Below the pieces are notes generated by a model. The model was given only the letters and a program-made list of their open reading frames with translations, was not told the DNA's origin and searched no databases. The translations under genes and the position numbers were made by a program. Of a stretch of 64,000 nucleotides of DNA, positions 28,513-44,459 are shown piece by piece. The stretch lies in the NCBI RefSeq assembly GCF_009914755.1, contig NC_060941.1; one strand, written 5' to 3'. This stretch comes from the human T2T-CHM13v2.0 reference genome, Homo sapiens. The stretch's first letter is position 1, and each line of letters starts with the position of its first letter.

Positions 28513-31351
28513 ACGTAAATTTTGTTTTAAAGGCAGGACCATACCTATTTGGAGGAATTTATAAACAAATTAATTAATAGTTGCAACTTACACAATTTAC
28601 TGAGTAGTATCAAAATTTATAACAGATGTTTTCTTATCAATATAAAAATATGTGAAATCTTAAAGTAGCATATAAGAATACATACATGGCAGTAGCTTAT
28701 TATAAAATCTTGTATCTTCAGATACAGTGTTCTGTAATTTTAAAAATCTAGCTTCAGAAACATTTACAATGAGTGATTATAAGTACAGAAATACATGTTA
28801 CATTTGCTTATAAATCTTGCTGGTAAGGTATCATTTGGGCTGTTTTTCCCCCATGCACTCATAAACTCTATTTTCTTTTGTGTCATAGTCTTCATTTTAA
28901 ATATACGTTTCTTAAAGGAAGGTAATTTTTTTATTCTGATAGTGTGTGATCATTGATATAAAAATACAATCTAGAATCAATTCCTAGAATGAGATAGGAG
29001 TAGGGCAGTATTGGTGAAATAAAATTTCTTTTAGTTTTTATATAGAATATATATTTAATTCCATATTCAGAGCACTATGCTTAGAAACTATGTGAGCTGT
29101 TAAGGTATTAGCCTTAAATATTGCATATGTTTTGAGAAAATCTGTTTCCAGTATATATGGGTTGGTGTTGTGATGAAAAATTACATTTGGCAGCTACTTA
29201 TATGCTAGTTCCTATAGTAAGATTAACAGCGTTTCAAGAAAGTTTTTCTGCAATTACAACAAAAAAACTTTGAAATTCTGGATTATTAAATTTGGCTCTT
29301 GTATTTTACTTGAAATCTGAGTAATAATTCTCTGCCTCTCCTGTCTTAACTTTGTGGTTAGCCAAATGTGTTACAGATTCGTATTTTTTTAATGAAGTGC
29401 TAGAAGACTTTTCAGTTGACTTTAATGACTTTGTGTTAATTAGTTGATGTGGATAAACACAAATGTTCTCTTTTTTAATTGAAATGAAATGTATAAACTT
29501 TTAGTGTTGTGAGTGTTAGAGTAAAATATTCCTTTTGTTCTTTGATTTTTTGATTTTTAATTAATTCACCTACAAGGCCACCCACATTTATTGGGTAGTA
29601 ACAACTCTCCTCAACATTGTCTAGGACCATACATCTGTTAAAGATCTAGCATTTGTTGATGGAGAGATTTGGGATTATTTCAAAATAGAAAATGTTATCT
29701 CAGTAATTTTGATGAAATAGAAGTGTAATTCACGTATTTATTTTGTTAAATGGAAGTATGGGGACATATAATTATATTAAAACATGACATTTAGGCCTTA
29801 TGTTTTAAAATGTGGTTTAATTTTTTTCTTTAAGTTCATTAACTTTTTATGACCTTGAAAAAGGAAGTCTTAATTTTGGAGTATGGAAATGGACTATAGA
29901 TTGGAGAGTTGCAAAAGTTCATTTGTCTGTGATAAATGCATTGATAACACTTGAAACAAATATGTTTATTAAGAAGAATCATAGAAATGTTAACTTTTAA
30001 AAGTTAAGAATCTTAAATGTTGTTCAACATGGAACATTCTACCTTTTCTGTTACTGGTTAGTAGCCCCAATCTTCCACTTATGACATATTCTGAAATTTT
30101 AACTTGATTAAAAAATTCTGTTAGAGGACAGGAAAGAAATTGATTTTCAATAAAAGGTGAGTTAGTGTGTACATTTTAAAAAATATATATAATTTGTAAA
30201 GCAACAAGATCTGTGCAGTATAATTCTGTCTTTTAATTAACATGAATCTGTTTTTTGTCAATAAAATGTTTTTGTCTCTGATAAGTAGTTCAGTTGGAGT
30301 ACAGGCTGTTTTTAGATTATGCTGGATTGTATTAAAACTGCAGTGGTTAATGTCTTAGATTTATCGCTTTTAGCCCCTTCCGCTGATGTTTAGCCTAAAC
30401 TGTAATGTTTTTCCTTTTCCAAATACAACTCAGATTGTATACGAAAAGCTGATAATACATTGACTTTTGCTGTTTAAATCCCTTGAGCCTTTGATAATGA
30501 TTTTTTTTGTGTTAACAATTGTAGTATATAAAATCGGATTCACCATCCTTCTGATGCCATATTGATTAGTTTGATTTTATGGTGATGGGATCATTGTGTG
30601 TTAACTGTATTAAGAAGAAATGGATTTGATTGACTTTGCATCCATTTTTATCTGTGTTACTTTCATGTTTTATTTAAAAGCATTTCTGGACCAGAATAAG
30701 TTAAGTGGTATAATTTGCTTTTTACACGTTTATATAATTGAAGTTAGCAATGTGGCAAAATCTCTAATGGAAATAAAATGCTTCAGAATGATGACATAAA
30801 TCTGAGCTATTTCTTGCCTGGAGAACAAGTGTTATTCATAATAATTTAATAGCTTCTGAGGTGTTTTGTTCATGTGATGAAGGCTTATCCACCTTGTATC
30901 AATTCATGGGCTCTGCTTTGTTTAATGTAGTCAGGTTGTTAATACAGACTTAAGAGTTCATCCTACTGTGATAAGTGGTGAGTGAAGATTACATGTCTTA
31001 GGAAAATTATACTGGAATATCTCTGACATTAATGGTTTAATGTTTTAGGCTAGGTGATGATGCAATGGAGAAGATTCTTCCAAAAGTATCTGGTTGTTTA
31101 TATTTGTGAAGTCCATAAAGAGAACATTCAAAGAATCTTACGTAGTGGTAAGATTAATGTGCCTTTTTGCTGGATGGCTTCTGTCTTTATTATTGCCATC
31201 AAATTGAATACTCAATGCCAGTTGTATTGGAAGGAAACATACAGGGTGTAGGGTTATAATATATGAAAGGAAAGGGAATCTTGTAGATAAAGTTTAAAGT
31301 AGAAAAATGGGCAAAAGATAGAAATAAATATTTCACAGAGAAAATAAAATA

Positions 31352-31760
31352 TGGTTGACCATTGAACAACATGGGTTTGAACTGCACAGGTCTACTTATA
31401 TGTGGATTTTCTCTGTCACTACCAGCCCTTAGACAGCAAGACCAACCCCTTTTCTTCCTCCCTGTCCTCCTCCTCCTTAGCCTACCTGTAGTGAAGACAA
31501 TGAAACTGAAGACCTTTATAATTGATTCACTTCCACTTAATGAACAGTAAATATATTTTCTCTTACTTTATTATAAGAATATAATCTGTAATACATAACA
31601 TACGAAATATGTGTTAATTGACAATTTTTGTCATCAGTTAGGCTTCCAGTCAATAGTAGGCTATTAGTAGTTAAGTATTGGAGGAGGGAAAGTCATATGC
31701 AGATTTTCAGCTGTGCAGGGGGTCAGCACTTGTAAACATGAGTTGTTCAGAGGTCAACTA
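31352..31760 (+). mobile_element. Tigger2a-like TcMar DNA transposon
   Basis: Degenerate TIRs (tggttgaccattgaacaac / gttgttcagaggtcaacta) flanked by TA. Confidence 0.75.
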
Positions 31761-32445
31761 TACATGTAAATGATATAAAATATACCCATAACTTCACTTG
31801 TTATTAATGAGAAAGCTGCAAATTAAAACTGAGATACCATGTTTTACTTATCAGAAACTGAGCCGCTCAAAAGCTTGCAATATATTCTATATTTTTATTA
31901 ATTTTGAAGTAATTATAGACTCACAGTGAGTTGCACATGCCTTTCATCTTACTTCCTCCAGCTTAACCTGAATGATGATGTATTTTGTAGCTATAGTATA
32001 GTACCAAAACAAGAAAATTTTCTGAGTGATGTGGGTTAACAAAAAAAACCTCAGAAAATGGACAATGATACACTCTGTTAACTAGGCTACAGGTCTTAAT
32101 CAGTTTTCTCTATTTGTTTAACCTGCATTCATTGGTGTGTTTATGTGGGCATGTATAGGGCTGTGAAATTTTATCCCATGTATACATTCATGTAACCCCC
32201 ACCACAGTTAAGATACAGGACTGTTCTAAACTGTTTCATCAACGCATACTTCTTTGTATTTCATGAGCATCCCTCATCCCACCCCATCCCTTTTTCCTGA
32301 TAACCACTAATCTGTTTTCCATCTCTATAGTTTTATGACTCTGACAACGTTATGCAAATTGAATAATACATTATGTAATATTTTAAGATGGACTTTTTAC
32401 ACTAAATATATTGTCTTTGAAGTCCATTCAGGTTGCAGCATGTAG

Positions 32446-32760
<315 letters not shown>

Positions 32761-34341
32761 GTAGTTTGTACTTTTCAATCACTCTGTTGTATTCCATTGT
32801 ATGAATGTGTCAGTTTGTTCAATTATTCACCCCTTGAAGGACATTTGCACTGTTTCTAGCATTTTTCTATTATGAATAAAGCTGTCGTGATCATTTGTGT
32901 AAAGGTTTTTAATGTGGATATGTTTTCATTTCTCTGTAAATGCCCAAGAGTATTGCTGAGTTGTATAAGTGCACTTTTAGAAAGGAAATGTGCAACTATT
33001 TTCCAAAGTGCCTGTGCTATTTTATATTCCCACCAGCACTGTATGATAGACAGCAGATTTCCCAACTGAATCCATGGAAGCTGAAGAAAGTGGTACAATA
33101 TCTTTAAAGTACTGAAATAAATGAACTGGTAGCCCCAAATTCCATTTGTAGTGAAAATATACTTCAGAAATGAAAGGGAAATAAAGGCATTCTTAGAAAA
33201 AGGAAAACTAAGAGAACCTATCACTCGCAGATCAACTCTTAAAAATGGCAAAAAGTTTTCCAAGGAAATGACAATAAAAGAAGGCTTAGAACTTCAAAAA
33301 TGAAAGAACAACAATGGGGTGGGTAAAAATAAAGGTATATGTGAGATATCCTTTTTAATGAATTTATAAGATTATATTTGATGATTGCGTTAGAAATTGT
33401 AACATCATCTGATGTGTGTTGACCGATGTGTGTGTAAGAAATACTTAATATTTTTATATTTTAAAAAATGGGGACATAAATTGAACTTTATAAAAATCAA
33501 AATTTATGCTACAGTGGACACAATCAAGAAAATGAAAAGACAACTCACAGAAGGGGAGAAAATATTTGTAAATCATATTTTTGATAAGGTACCAGTATTC
33601 ACAATATGTGAAGAACTCTTATAACTCAAAAATAAAAAGACTACCTAATTTTCAATGAGCAATGGATTTGAATAAACATTTCTTTGAAAAAGATATACCT
33701 GTGGCTGATAAGCAGAAATTGGGACCCTTCTAACCTGCTAGTCAGAATTGTGCATTCACTTTGTAAAAGAGTTTCAAAGTTCTTCCCAAAATGTTAAACA
33801 GAGTTATATGACTAATATATATCTACGATAAAACTCTGAATATTTGCAGCATTGTTTGCAATAGCCAAAAAGTAGAAAAAAATCTAAATATTCATCAACT
33901 GATGAATGGGTGGATAAATAAAATGTGGTATATGCAAACAATATAATATTATTTAACAATATAAAATGTACATTTTAGTGGCATTAAGTACATTTGTAGT
34001 GTTATATAATTATCAGTACAGGCACTATCCCTTTCCAAAACTTTTTCACCATCTGAAACTGAAAGTCTCTGCCCATTAAACAATAACTTCCCAGTACTCT
34101 GTTTCCCAGGCCCTGGTAACCAGCATTCTACTTTCTGTGTTTGAATTTGCCTGTTTCTAGGTATATCACATAGTGCAATCCTACAGTATTCGTCCTTTTG
34201 TGTCTGGTTTATTTCACTTAGCATAATATTTTCAAGGTTCATACCTGTCGTAACATATATCAGAATTTCATACTTTTTAAAGGCTCCATAATATTCCACT
34301 GAATGTGTATACTACATTTTGTTTATCCATTTACTTATTGA

Positions 34342-34669
<328 letters not shown>

Positions 34670-35469
34670 CACCTTTCGCCAATTTTGAATAATGCTTGTG
34701 TGAACATTGGTGTACACATTTCTAATTGAGTCTCTACTTGTAATACTTTTGGTTATGTACCTAAAAGTCAAATTGCTGGATCATATGGTAATTCTATATT
34801 TAATTTTTTGAGGAATTACCAAGCTATTTTTCACAGTGGCTGGACCATTTTAAATTCCCACCAGTGAACGTCCAATGATGGATAAGGGTCTCAATTTCTC
34901 GTATATCCTTACCCCAACACTAGTTATTTTTCTTTTTAAAAATAATGGCCATCCTAATGATGTAAATGGCCATCCTAATGAGTGCAAAGTAGTATCTCAT
35001 CATGGTTTTAATTTGCATTTACCTAAGGAATAGTGATGTTAAGCCTCTTCTCATTTGCTTATTGGCCATTTGGTTATCTTTAAAAAATTGATACATAATA
35101 TTTGTACAAATTTTTGGGGTACATGTGATATTTTGTTATATGCATAGAACGTCTAATCATCAAATCAGGGTATTTAGGATATATATCACCATGAGCACTT
35201 AGCATTTCTATGTGTAGAGAACATTTTAAGTCTTCACTACTAGCTGTTTTTAAATGTACCAGGTATTGTTGTTAACTATTGTCACTCTACTATGGAATGT
35301 TAGAACTTATTCCTTTGATCTGAGTGTACATTTGTACCCAACCTGTCTTTCTTCATTCTTTTTTTCTTTTTCTTTTTCTTTTGTCTGACTGGGTTAGTTT
35401 GAAAGGCCTGTCTGTCAAACTGAAATCTCTTTCTTCTGTTTCATCTAGTCTATTGTTGAAGCTTCTCAA

Positions 35470-35770
35470 TTTTTTTTTTTTTTTTTTTGAGATGGAGTCT
35501 TGCTCTGTCACCCACGCTGGAGTGCAGTGGCGCGATCTTGGCTCACTGCAAGCTCCGCATCCCGGGTTTACGGTATTCTCCTGCCTCAGCCTCCTGAGTA
35601 GCTGGGACTACAGGCACCCGCCACAATGCCCAACTAATTTTGTGTATTTTTTAGTAGAGACGGAGTTTCACCATGTTAGCCAGGATGGTCCCGATCTCCT
35701 GACCTCGTGATCCACCCGCCTCAGCCTCCCAAAGTGCTGGGATTACAGGCGTGAGCCACTGCACCTGGAC
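35470..35770 (-). mobile_element. AluY
   Basis: Y diagnostics, polyT. Confidence 0.88.
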
Positions 35771-36107
35771 TCACTTGTATTTTTATGTCATTCATTGAGT
35801 TATTCAGTTTATGGATTTCTGTTTGGTTCTTTCTTATGAGATCTATCTCTTTGGTGAATTTCTTTTTCATATCCTGAATTGTTTTTCTTATTTCTTTGTA
35901 ATGTTGTCTGTGTCTGCTTGTATCTCACTGGGCTTCTTTAATATCATTATTTTTCAATTCTTTTTCAGGCATTTTATACATTTTTTGGGGGGGTTAAAAC
36001 CTATTGTTGGAAGATTGTGTTTCTTTGGAGGTGTCATATTTCCTTGCTTTTTCATATTTCTTGTGTCCTTTCATTGATGTCTGTGCATCAGGTATAACAC
36101 TTCTAAT

Positions 36108-36400
36108 TTTTTTTTTCTTGAGACGAAGTCTCGGTCTGTTGCCAGGTTGGAGTGGTGCAGTGGTGCGATCTCAGTTCACTGCAACCTCTGCCTCCCAGGT
36201 TTAAGTGATTCTTCTGCTCAGCCTCCCGAGCATCTGGGACTACAGGTGTGTGCCACCACGCCCAGCTAATTTTTGTGTTTTTAGTAGAGACGAGGTTTCA
36301 CCATGTTGGCCAGGATGGTCTCGATCTCTTGAGCTCGTGATCTACCCGCCTTGGCCTCCCAAAGTGCTGGGATTATAGGCGTGAGCCACCATGCCCGGCC
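36108..36400 (-). mobile_element. AluSc-like
   Basis: TSD cacttctaatttt. Confidence 0.88.
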
Positions 36401-37366
36401 CACTTCTAATTTTTAAAATTGGCTTTCATAGGGGAAGGCTTTTTCCTGTGTGTTTTTTTTTTTAAAATAATGACAAGGTATTTTTAAATTGGTAATACAT
36501 AGGAAGATAATAACTCAAAGGAGTAGGTAGCAGATGCCAGTATATTCAATCAATGAGCTGTATTTTACTGGAATTTAATCAATATTAACCTGAAATAGAT
36601 GATAAGTTAATATGCATATTGTAATCCCTCCAACTACCGCTAAGAAATTACTCAGAAAAAGTAACAGAGGACTTAAAATATTAATGCTAAAAATATTTTC
36701 TAAACACAAAAGAAGATAGGAGGAACAACAAACACCTAAGACATATAAATATACATAGTAAAATGGCAAACTTAAAATCCAGTTATACCAACAATATATT
36801 AATGGCAAATGTATCAGACCCAAATTGCTTCAGATTCAAAGACCACTTGTTTGAAAATAAAAAGATGGTAAAAAATATATCACATGCTTTAAAAATTTTA
36901 ATGTAAGACCTCAAACTAAAAATCATAGATGAAAACCTAGGAAATACCCTTTTTGACATCTGCTTTGGTAAAGAATTTTTGGCTGAGTCCCCAAAAGCGA
37001 TTGCAACCAAAAACAAATATTGACAAATGATACCTGATTAAACTAAAGAGCTTCTGCACAGCAAAATAAACTATCAACAGAGCAAACAGACAACTACTTA
37101 ATGGGAGAAAATGTTTGCAAATGGTTTATCTGATAAAGGTCTAATATCCAGCATCTGTAAGGAACTTAAATCAACAAGAACAAATAACCCCATTAAAAAT
37201 GGGCAAAGGACACACATACACTTCTTAAAAGAAGACATACGTATGGGCCAACAAACATATGGAAAAATGCTCATCATCTCTCATCATCAGGGAAATGCTA
37301 ATCAAAGCCACATGAGATGCCACCTTAACACCAGTCAGAATGGCTGTTATTAAAAAGTCAAAAACT

Positions 37367-37790
<424 letters not shown>

Positions 37791-38137
37791 TCAACTTAAA
37801 CAAAGCTACCACTTGACCCAGCAATCCCACTAATGGGTATATACCCATAGGAAAATAAATGGCTCTACCAAAAAGAGACATGTATATTAATCACCATGCT
37901 ATTAACAATAGCAAAGACATGGAATCAGCCTAAGTGCCCGCCAGCAGTGGATTCAATAAAGGAAATGTGCTATTCATCACCATGGAATACTACACAGCCA
38001 TAAAGAGAATGAAATCATGTCATTTACAGCAGCATGTGTGGAGCTGGAGGCCAAAACCTTAAGCAAATCAATGGAGAAATGAAAAACCAAATACTCCATA
38101 TTCTCACTTATAAGTGGGAGCTAAACATTGACCACAC

Positions 38138-38620
<483 letters not shown>

Positions 38621-38868
38621 TTAGAGTGGCCATAGTAATATTAAAGACTTTACGTCAAGAAGTATTACTGGAGTAAAAGAGAGACATTTCATTCACGATA
38701 AAAGGGTCAATATAATAAAACAATTGTTAACACATAATACAGATAAAACATTTTTTTCTTTTTTTTTCTCAGTAATACTTGTTCTGGAAAACCACTATTA
38801 ATATGTATAATTAATAAAACAATTATTAGTATATAAATACCTAACAACACAGCCACTAAAAACATTGA

Positions 38869-39196
<328 letters not shown>

Positions 39197-41115
39197 CAAT
39201 TTTAGCTCTTTATTACAGCTCAAGATTTACATAATTTATTCTCATTAATTGATAGGAATAAGCACTCTGTAATTTTCCACATGCATGTTAGTAAACATGT
39301 ACGACTATTTCTCTATTAAAAAATAATTGATAGAACAACTAGATAGAAAATTAGAAAAGACTTAGAAGACATGATTAACACTATTTTCTAACTTGACCAC
39401 CCAAAACTGCAGAATGCACATTATTTTCAAAAACATCTGAGACATTCATTGTACATGATAGAACAGATGCTTGGCCATGAAACAGATCTTAATAACTTTA
39501 AAAGGATTAAAGTCATGCGGAGTATTTCTCTAAGGACAATGGAAATCAATAACAAAATTCGATTTGGGGAATCTCCAAATATTTGGAAATAAAACGCACT
39601 TGTAAATAACTCATGGGTCAAAGAAAGAAGCTTAGGGACATTAGCAAATATTTTGAATTGAATGAAAATGAAAACAGAACATATAAAAATTTATGGAGTA
39701 TAACTATAGTGTTATATGGAAGAAAATTTACAGCTTTAAATGCTTATATTAGGACAAGAAAATGGCCTGAAATTAATAATCTAAGTGTTTCCCTTAAAAG
39801 ATTATAAAAAGGAGCAAATTATAACCAATGCAAGACTAATGAAGCAAATAATAAAGATCTGGATAGAAGCTGATGGAACAGTAAACAGTGAAATATTGGA
39901 AAAGTCTAAAATTGGTTATTTGAAAAGATCAATATAATCAATGTATTTGTAGCTAGATTGAATTGGAGGTTCTAGCTAGATCAATAAGGCATAAAGATCT
40001 GACAGGATAATGTTTCAGACATTTTTATGATGGCTTGTTGTTTATGATATTGTATAGCATGATTGACCTGCACAGTTAAAACGGGTAGCTTTTGTGGTGT
40101 GCAAGTTGTATCTTTGTAAAGCTTTCACTCACAAATACTATCTCAGTGCTTAAGTACATTGTTTTTTTGGGCTGTATTTGCATATATGTTGTAACTGATA
40201 AAATAACTGTTCTGGTCATTTGCTCTGTATCTTTCAGGGCAGGAATAACATTTGGTTTATATTCTGAGCTCTAAGCAGAGTATTTTACACATAGTAAGAC
40301 TTGACTCTTAACATGCATTTTTGAGAGAAAAAAATAGCGTTGCCAGTGTAGGACAACTTCCAAGGCTACTTAAAATCAAATTTCTCTGTGTCTAAATATT
40401 ATGATCCAAAATTGGTGTAATAGGTTTTCTTTCTGAAACATTAGATAAGTAAAACAATTTTTAAAAAGTTGTTGAACTTATGATGGGAAATTATATGGAA
40501 TGTAAATTATATTTCAGTGTAGCCTTAAAAATTAAGAGGAGTGAATAAAAGAAACTCCATTTGAGATACAGAGGTACCTATTCTAATGTACCTCTGCTTT
40601 TATGATTTCATAGTCATTTCAAAGAAGTTCTATTTCTCTCTAGAAACTGAGAGTTGAAGAACACGACTTTCATACTATAATATGAAAATGTTATTGGATG
40701 ATTTCTCTATACACCTGTTTATTTATGTTTAACAAATTATGTTGTTTCCCCCCCATTCTTATATTTCAATAAGGGGCAAAAAATTGTGATTTCCCAGCAG
40801 ATCGCATAACACAGTAAGACCTGTATTTCCTGTCCTTGGATAAAGCGCTAAGTGATTACATTTTGTAAAGAATTGAAAATAGTTGATTGTATCATTTTTT
40901 TTCCTCTGAACCTATACTTGAAGAAGTAATTGTTTCTGTCATCTACAGTCAAGTCAGCTGACTCTTTTTAGAGTTTATATGACTGATGTGCGTGGGGGCA
41001 TGTTATATCTCTTCCTCAATTCTAAAGTGGAATTCTCTCCTTATATTGGCAAGAATAATCTGCTAGAGTGGAAACATGTTATTTGGTCAGTGGTTTGTGA
41101 TGTGCCTTCTTATAG

Positions 41116-41322
<207 letters not shown>

Positions 41323-41844
41323 TAATGGGTTTTCCAGCCAAATATGGAATATGGAATCTGACTTTTCTTCATGTATCAGTATATATCAGAAAAGTTATTA
41401 AGTCATTATATTGAATAAAGGAATTTATAATAAAAATTTAGTACCCCTCTAAAATCCCTCTAAAATTGGTTTTGTTCTCGATAAAGTAGCTATTAAATAG
41501 CAGCCATTTAAACAATGCTGTTGAGTTACATGAATTTCTGTTTATAATTACTCCAAGAACTTCAGTATTCCAAACTAGAATATTAATGGATATGAGCAGT
41601 ATTTTTTTTTTGTAACTTGAAGTTTTGTGTAACTAACTTACAACACTTTGTAAGCTAATTTAATTTTCTCGGTTTTTTTTTTAGTGGTGCTCTTTTTCTT
41701 TTTCTTCTTAAGGTTTACTCCTTACATTTTGTTATATCTTTTTAGTTCCTTTTAATATAGCATACAATTTGTACTCTTAATTTTCTTTTCACAATATCCA
41801 GAGTAGTTGTCTTATTTAAATTCTGCATTTGTAAGATTTTTAAA

Positions 41845-41976
41845 TTTTTATTTTACTATTTTTTTAAAAAAAGATAAAGACAGTCTCACTATGCTGCCCA
41901 GGCTGGTCCTGAACTCCTGGCCTCAAGTAATTCTCCTGCCTTAGCCTCCCAAAGTATTGCCACGATGCTTGGCCAG
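41845..41976 (-). mobile_element. Alu monomer (FLAM/AluJ left arm)
   Basis: Single diverged monomer. Confidence 0.75.
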
Positions 41977-42562
41977 ATTTTTTTCATTATGATAATGTTT
42001 TTGTATTTCTCCATTCCCTGGATATCTATCTGTTTAACTGGAAGTTAAGTCTAGAGGTATAAATCCATTCAGGCTAAGGAGTTTTTGTTTGTTTGTTTCT
42101 AAACTTCGTAAGTATTGCGTCTACATCATTTCATCCCAATAGGAGACACATTATTTTAGGTTGTCTCCCTATTTGTGGTGCTATATTTGATCACATGAGT
42201 AAAGTAATGACTATCAAGTATCTACATTATTGGAAATAGGTTTTTCTTATGGAGATTAACAAGTACTCTACAGTATGTCATTTTGACATTATTTCTGAAG
42301 CAACTTTTTAATTAATAATTTTGTTACATTGAAGGTTGTAGAATGGTGGGTTGTTTTCTTAATTCTGTCCTGGTCTCTGCATTTATTGACTGTTATTCTT
42401 CTATAGAAAACGTTTTCTCTCATCAGCCAGGAGTAAACAGCCTTTCTCCTGTATATCAAAAGTGGTATAAATGCCTAATTCTCTCTCTCTCTTTTTCTTT
42501 TAAATGACCAATTTTCACAGTAAGGAGTTGGTGTAATACTTCCAGTGGTAGGAAACAAGTTA

Positions 42563-42957
42563 CAGGTTGAGTACTTTATGTCTGAAATGCTTGGGACTAG
42601 AAGTCTTTCTGATTTTAGATTTTTTTTTTTTGATTTTGGAATATTTGCATATATAATGAGTTATCTTGGCGGTGGGACCCAAGTCTAAATACAAAATTTA
42701 TTTGTTTCATGTATACCCTATACACATAGCCTGAAGGTGATTTTGTACAATATTTTAAGTGATTTTGTGCATGAAACATAGTTTTGACTCCGTTTTAACT
42801 GAGACTTTGTACATGAGGTCAGGTGTGGATTCTCCAGTTGTGGCATCATGTCAGTGCTCCAGTTCTGGAGCATTTCAGAGCATTTTGGTTTGCATTATAA
42901 GAAGAACATAAATTTCTGTGAGGATTTTGGTTTTTCAGATTAGGAATGCTCAATCTG
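42563..42957 (+). mobile_element. Tigger4 (MER46/Zombi)-like DNA transposon
   Basis: TIRs caggttgagta / tgctcaatctg with TA flanks. Confidence 0.8.
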
Positions 42958-43963
42958 TATTTTAAAAATACTTTGTAAATAAAACTGCTCTTTTGTTTTC
43001 AGAGCTGGTATAGTCATCATAAACTTGCAGTCTTTTCAGATCTTACCCATTTGGTTGATGTATCTAAGGAGCATGCTACTTTTAATCTTAGTTTTCAGAA
43101 ATGATTATATCACTTAAAATTGATGGGAAAAGCCAATCCTTTTCCCCTTCTTTTCATCTTTTCAAATAAAGAATGATAGTAAGGGATTATCATTATATAG
43201 AGATATTATTTTATAAAGCACTTTAAATAATCTACCCTCTAATATCTTAATAAGTCATCTTTGATTAAGGGAACAGGATTTTTATAGTGATTGGTAATCA
43301 GTAGGATTGATTTAATTAATAAAGGCAAGATTTATTGAAATTCTGTGAGTGTTGTGGGAATTAAGTTAAATGTGAAAAAACAGCCTGGAAGTTATGTCAC
43401 TTGTAGCACTCCACTTGGAATGACCGGTATGACTCATATTGATATTCCATCTGTTATGTCAGATCTCCTTTGTGTTAGTGTATATTTCATATAACCCTAC
43501 AGTGCTTCTGACACTGGCAGCTGTATTTTTTTCCTGTGACTTTGCATTATAAGAAGAACATATTATATAATATAAAGAGTGTTGTAGTCGTCATAAAATG
43601 GTTTCATAATTTTGATCTACATTTGCCATTTGATTTCTTTGTCCTCTCACATTTGTGTTTATACGATAAGGTTAAAAATAGCAATATTTATACCTATTTT
43701 TCTGTGTTGCTGGGACACTAGGTTTATAACTATGATGTAATTTATTTTGTGACAATCATTTGTTTAAATATTTGTTTCCCTTGCTAACTTATCTGTTCCT
43801 CCTACAAAGAGATCAGATGTCATTAATCTTTGTATCTCTAGTGCTTGGCATGGTGTCTCAGAGTAATAGGAAACTTAGTGAATTATTTTGAACTATTCCC
43901 CACTGTAGATGTATGGCACTGTATTAGGCATGGTAGTCTCTATTTTGACAATGAAAGTGATAG

Positions 43964-44459
<496 letters not shown>

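Noticed and set aside
30780-31070. Several RTGATGA (box C) and CTGA (box D) motifs suggesting an intronic C/D snoRNA
   Set aside because: No C-D pair at 60-120 nt spacing with a terminal stem and a recognisable rRNA/snRNA guide
34944-34981. 17-nt direct duplication aatggccatcctaatga; similar small duplications near 41445, 59821/59916 and 63030-63085
   Set aside because: Ordinary slippage duplications, mostly in decayed L1, with no sign of function
40569-40596. 9-bp inverted repeat CAGAGGTAC/GTACCTCTG
   Set aside because: Short enough to be expected by chance in 64 kb
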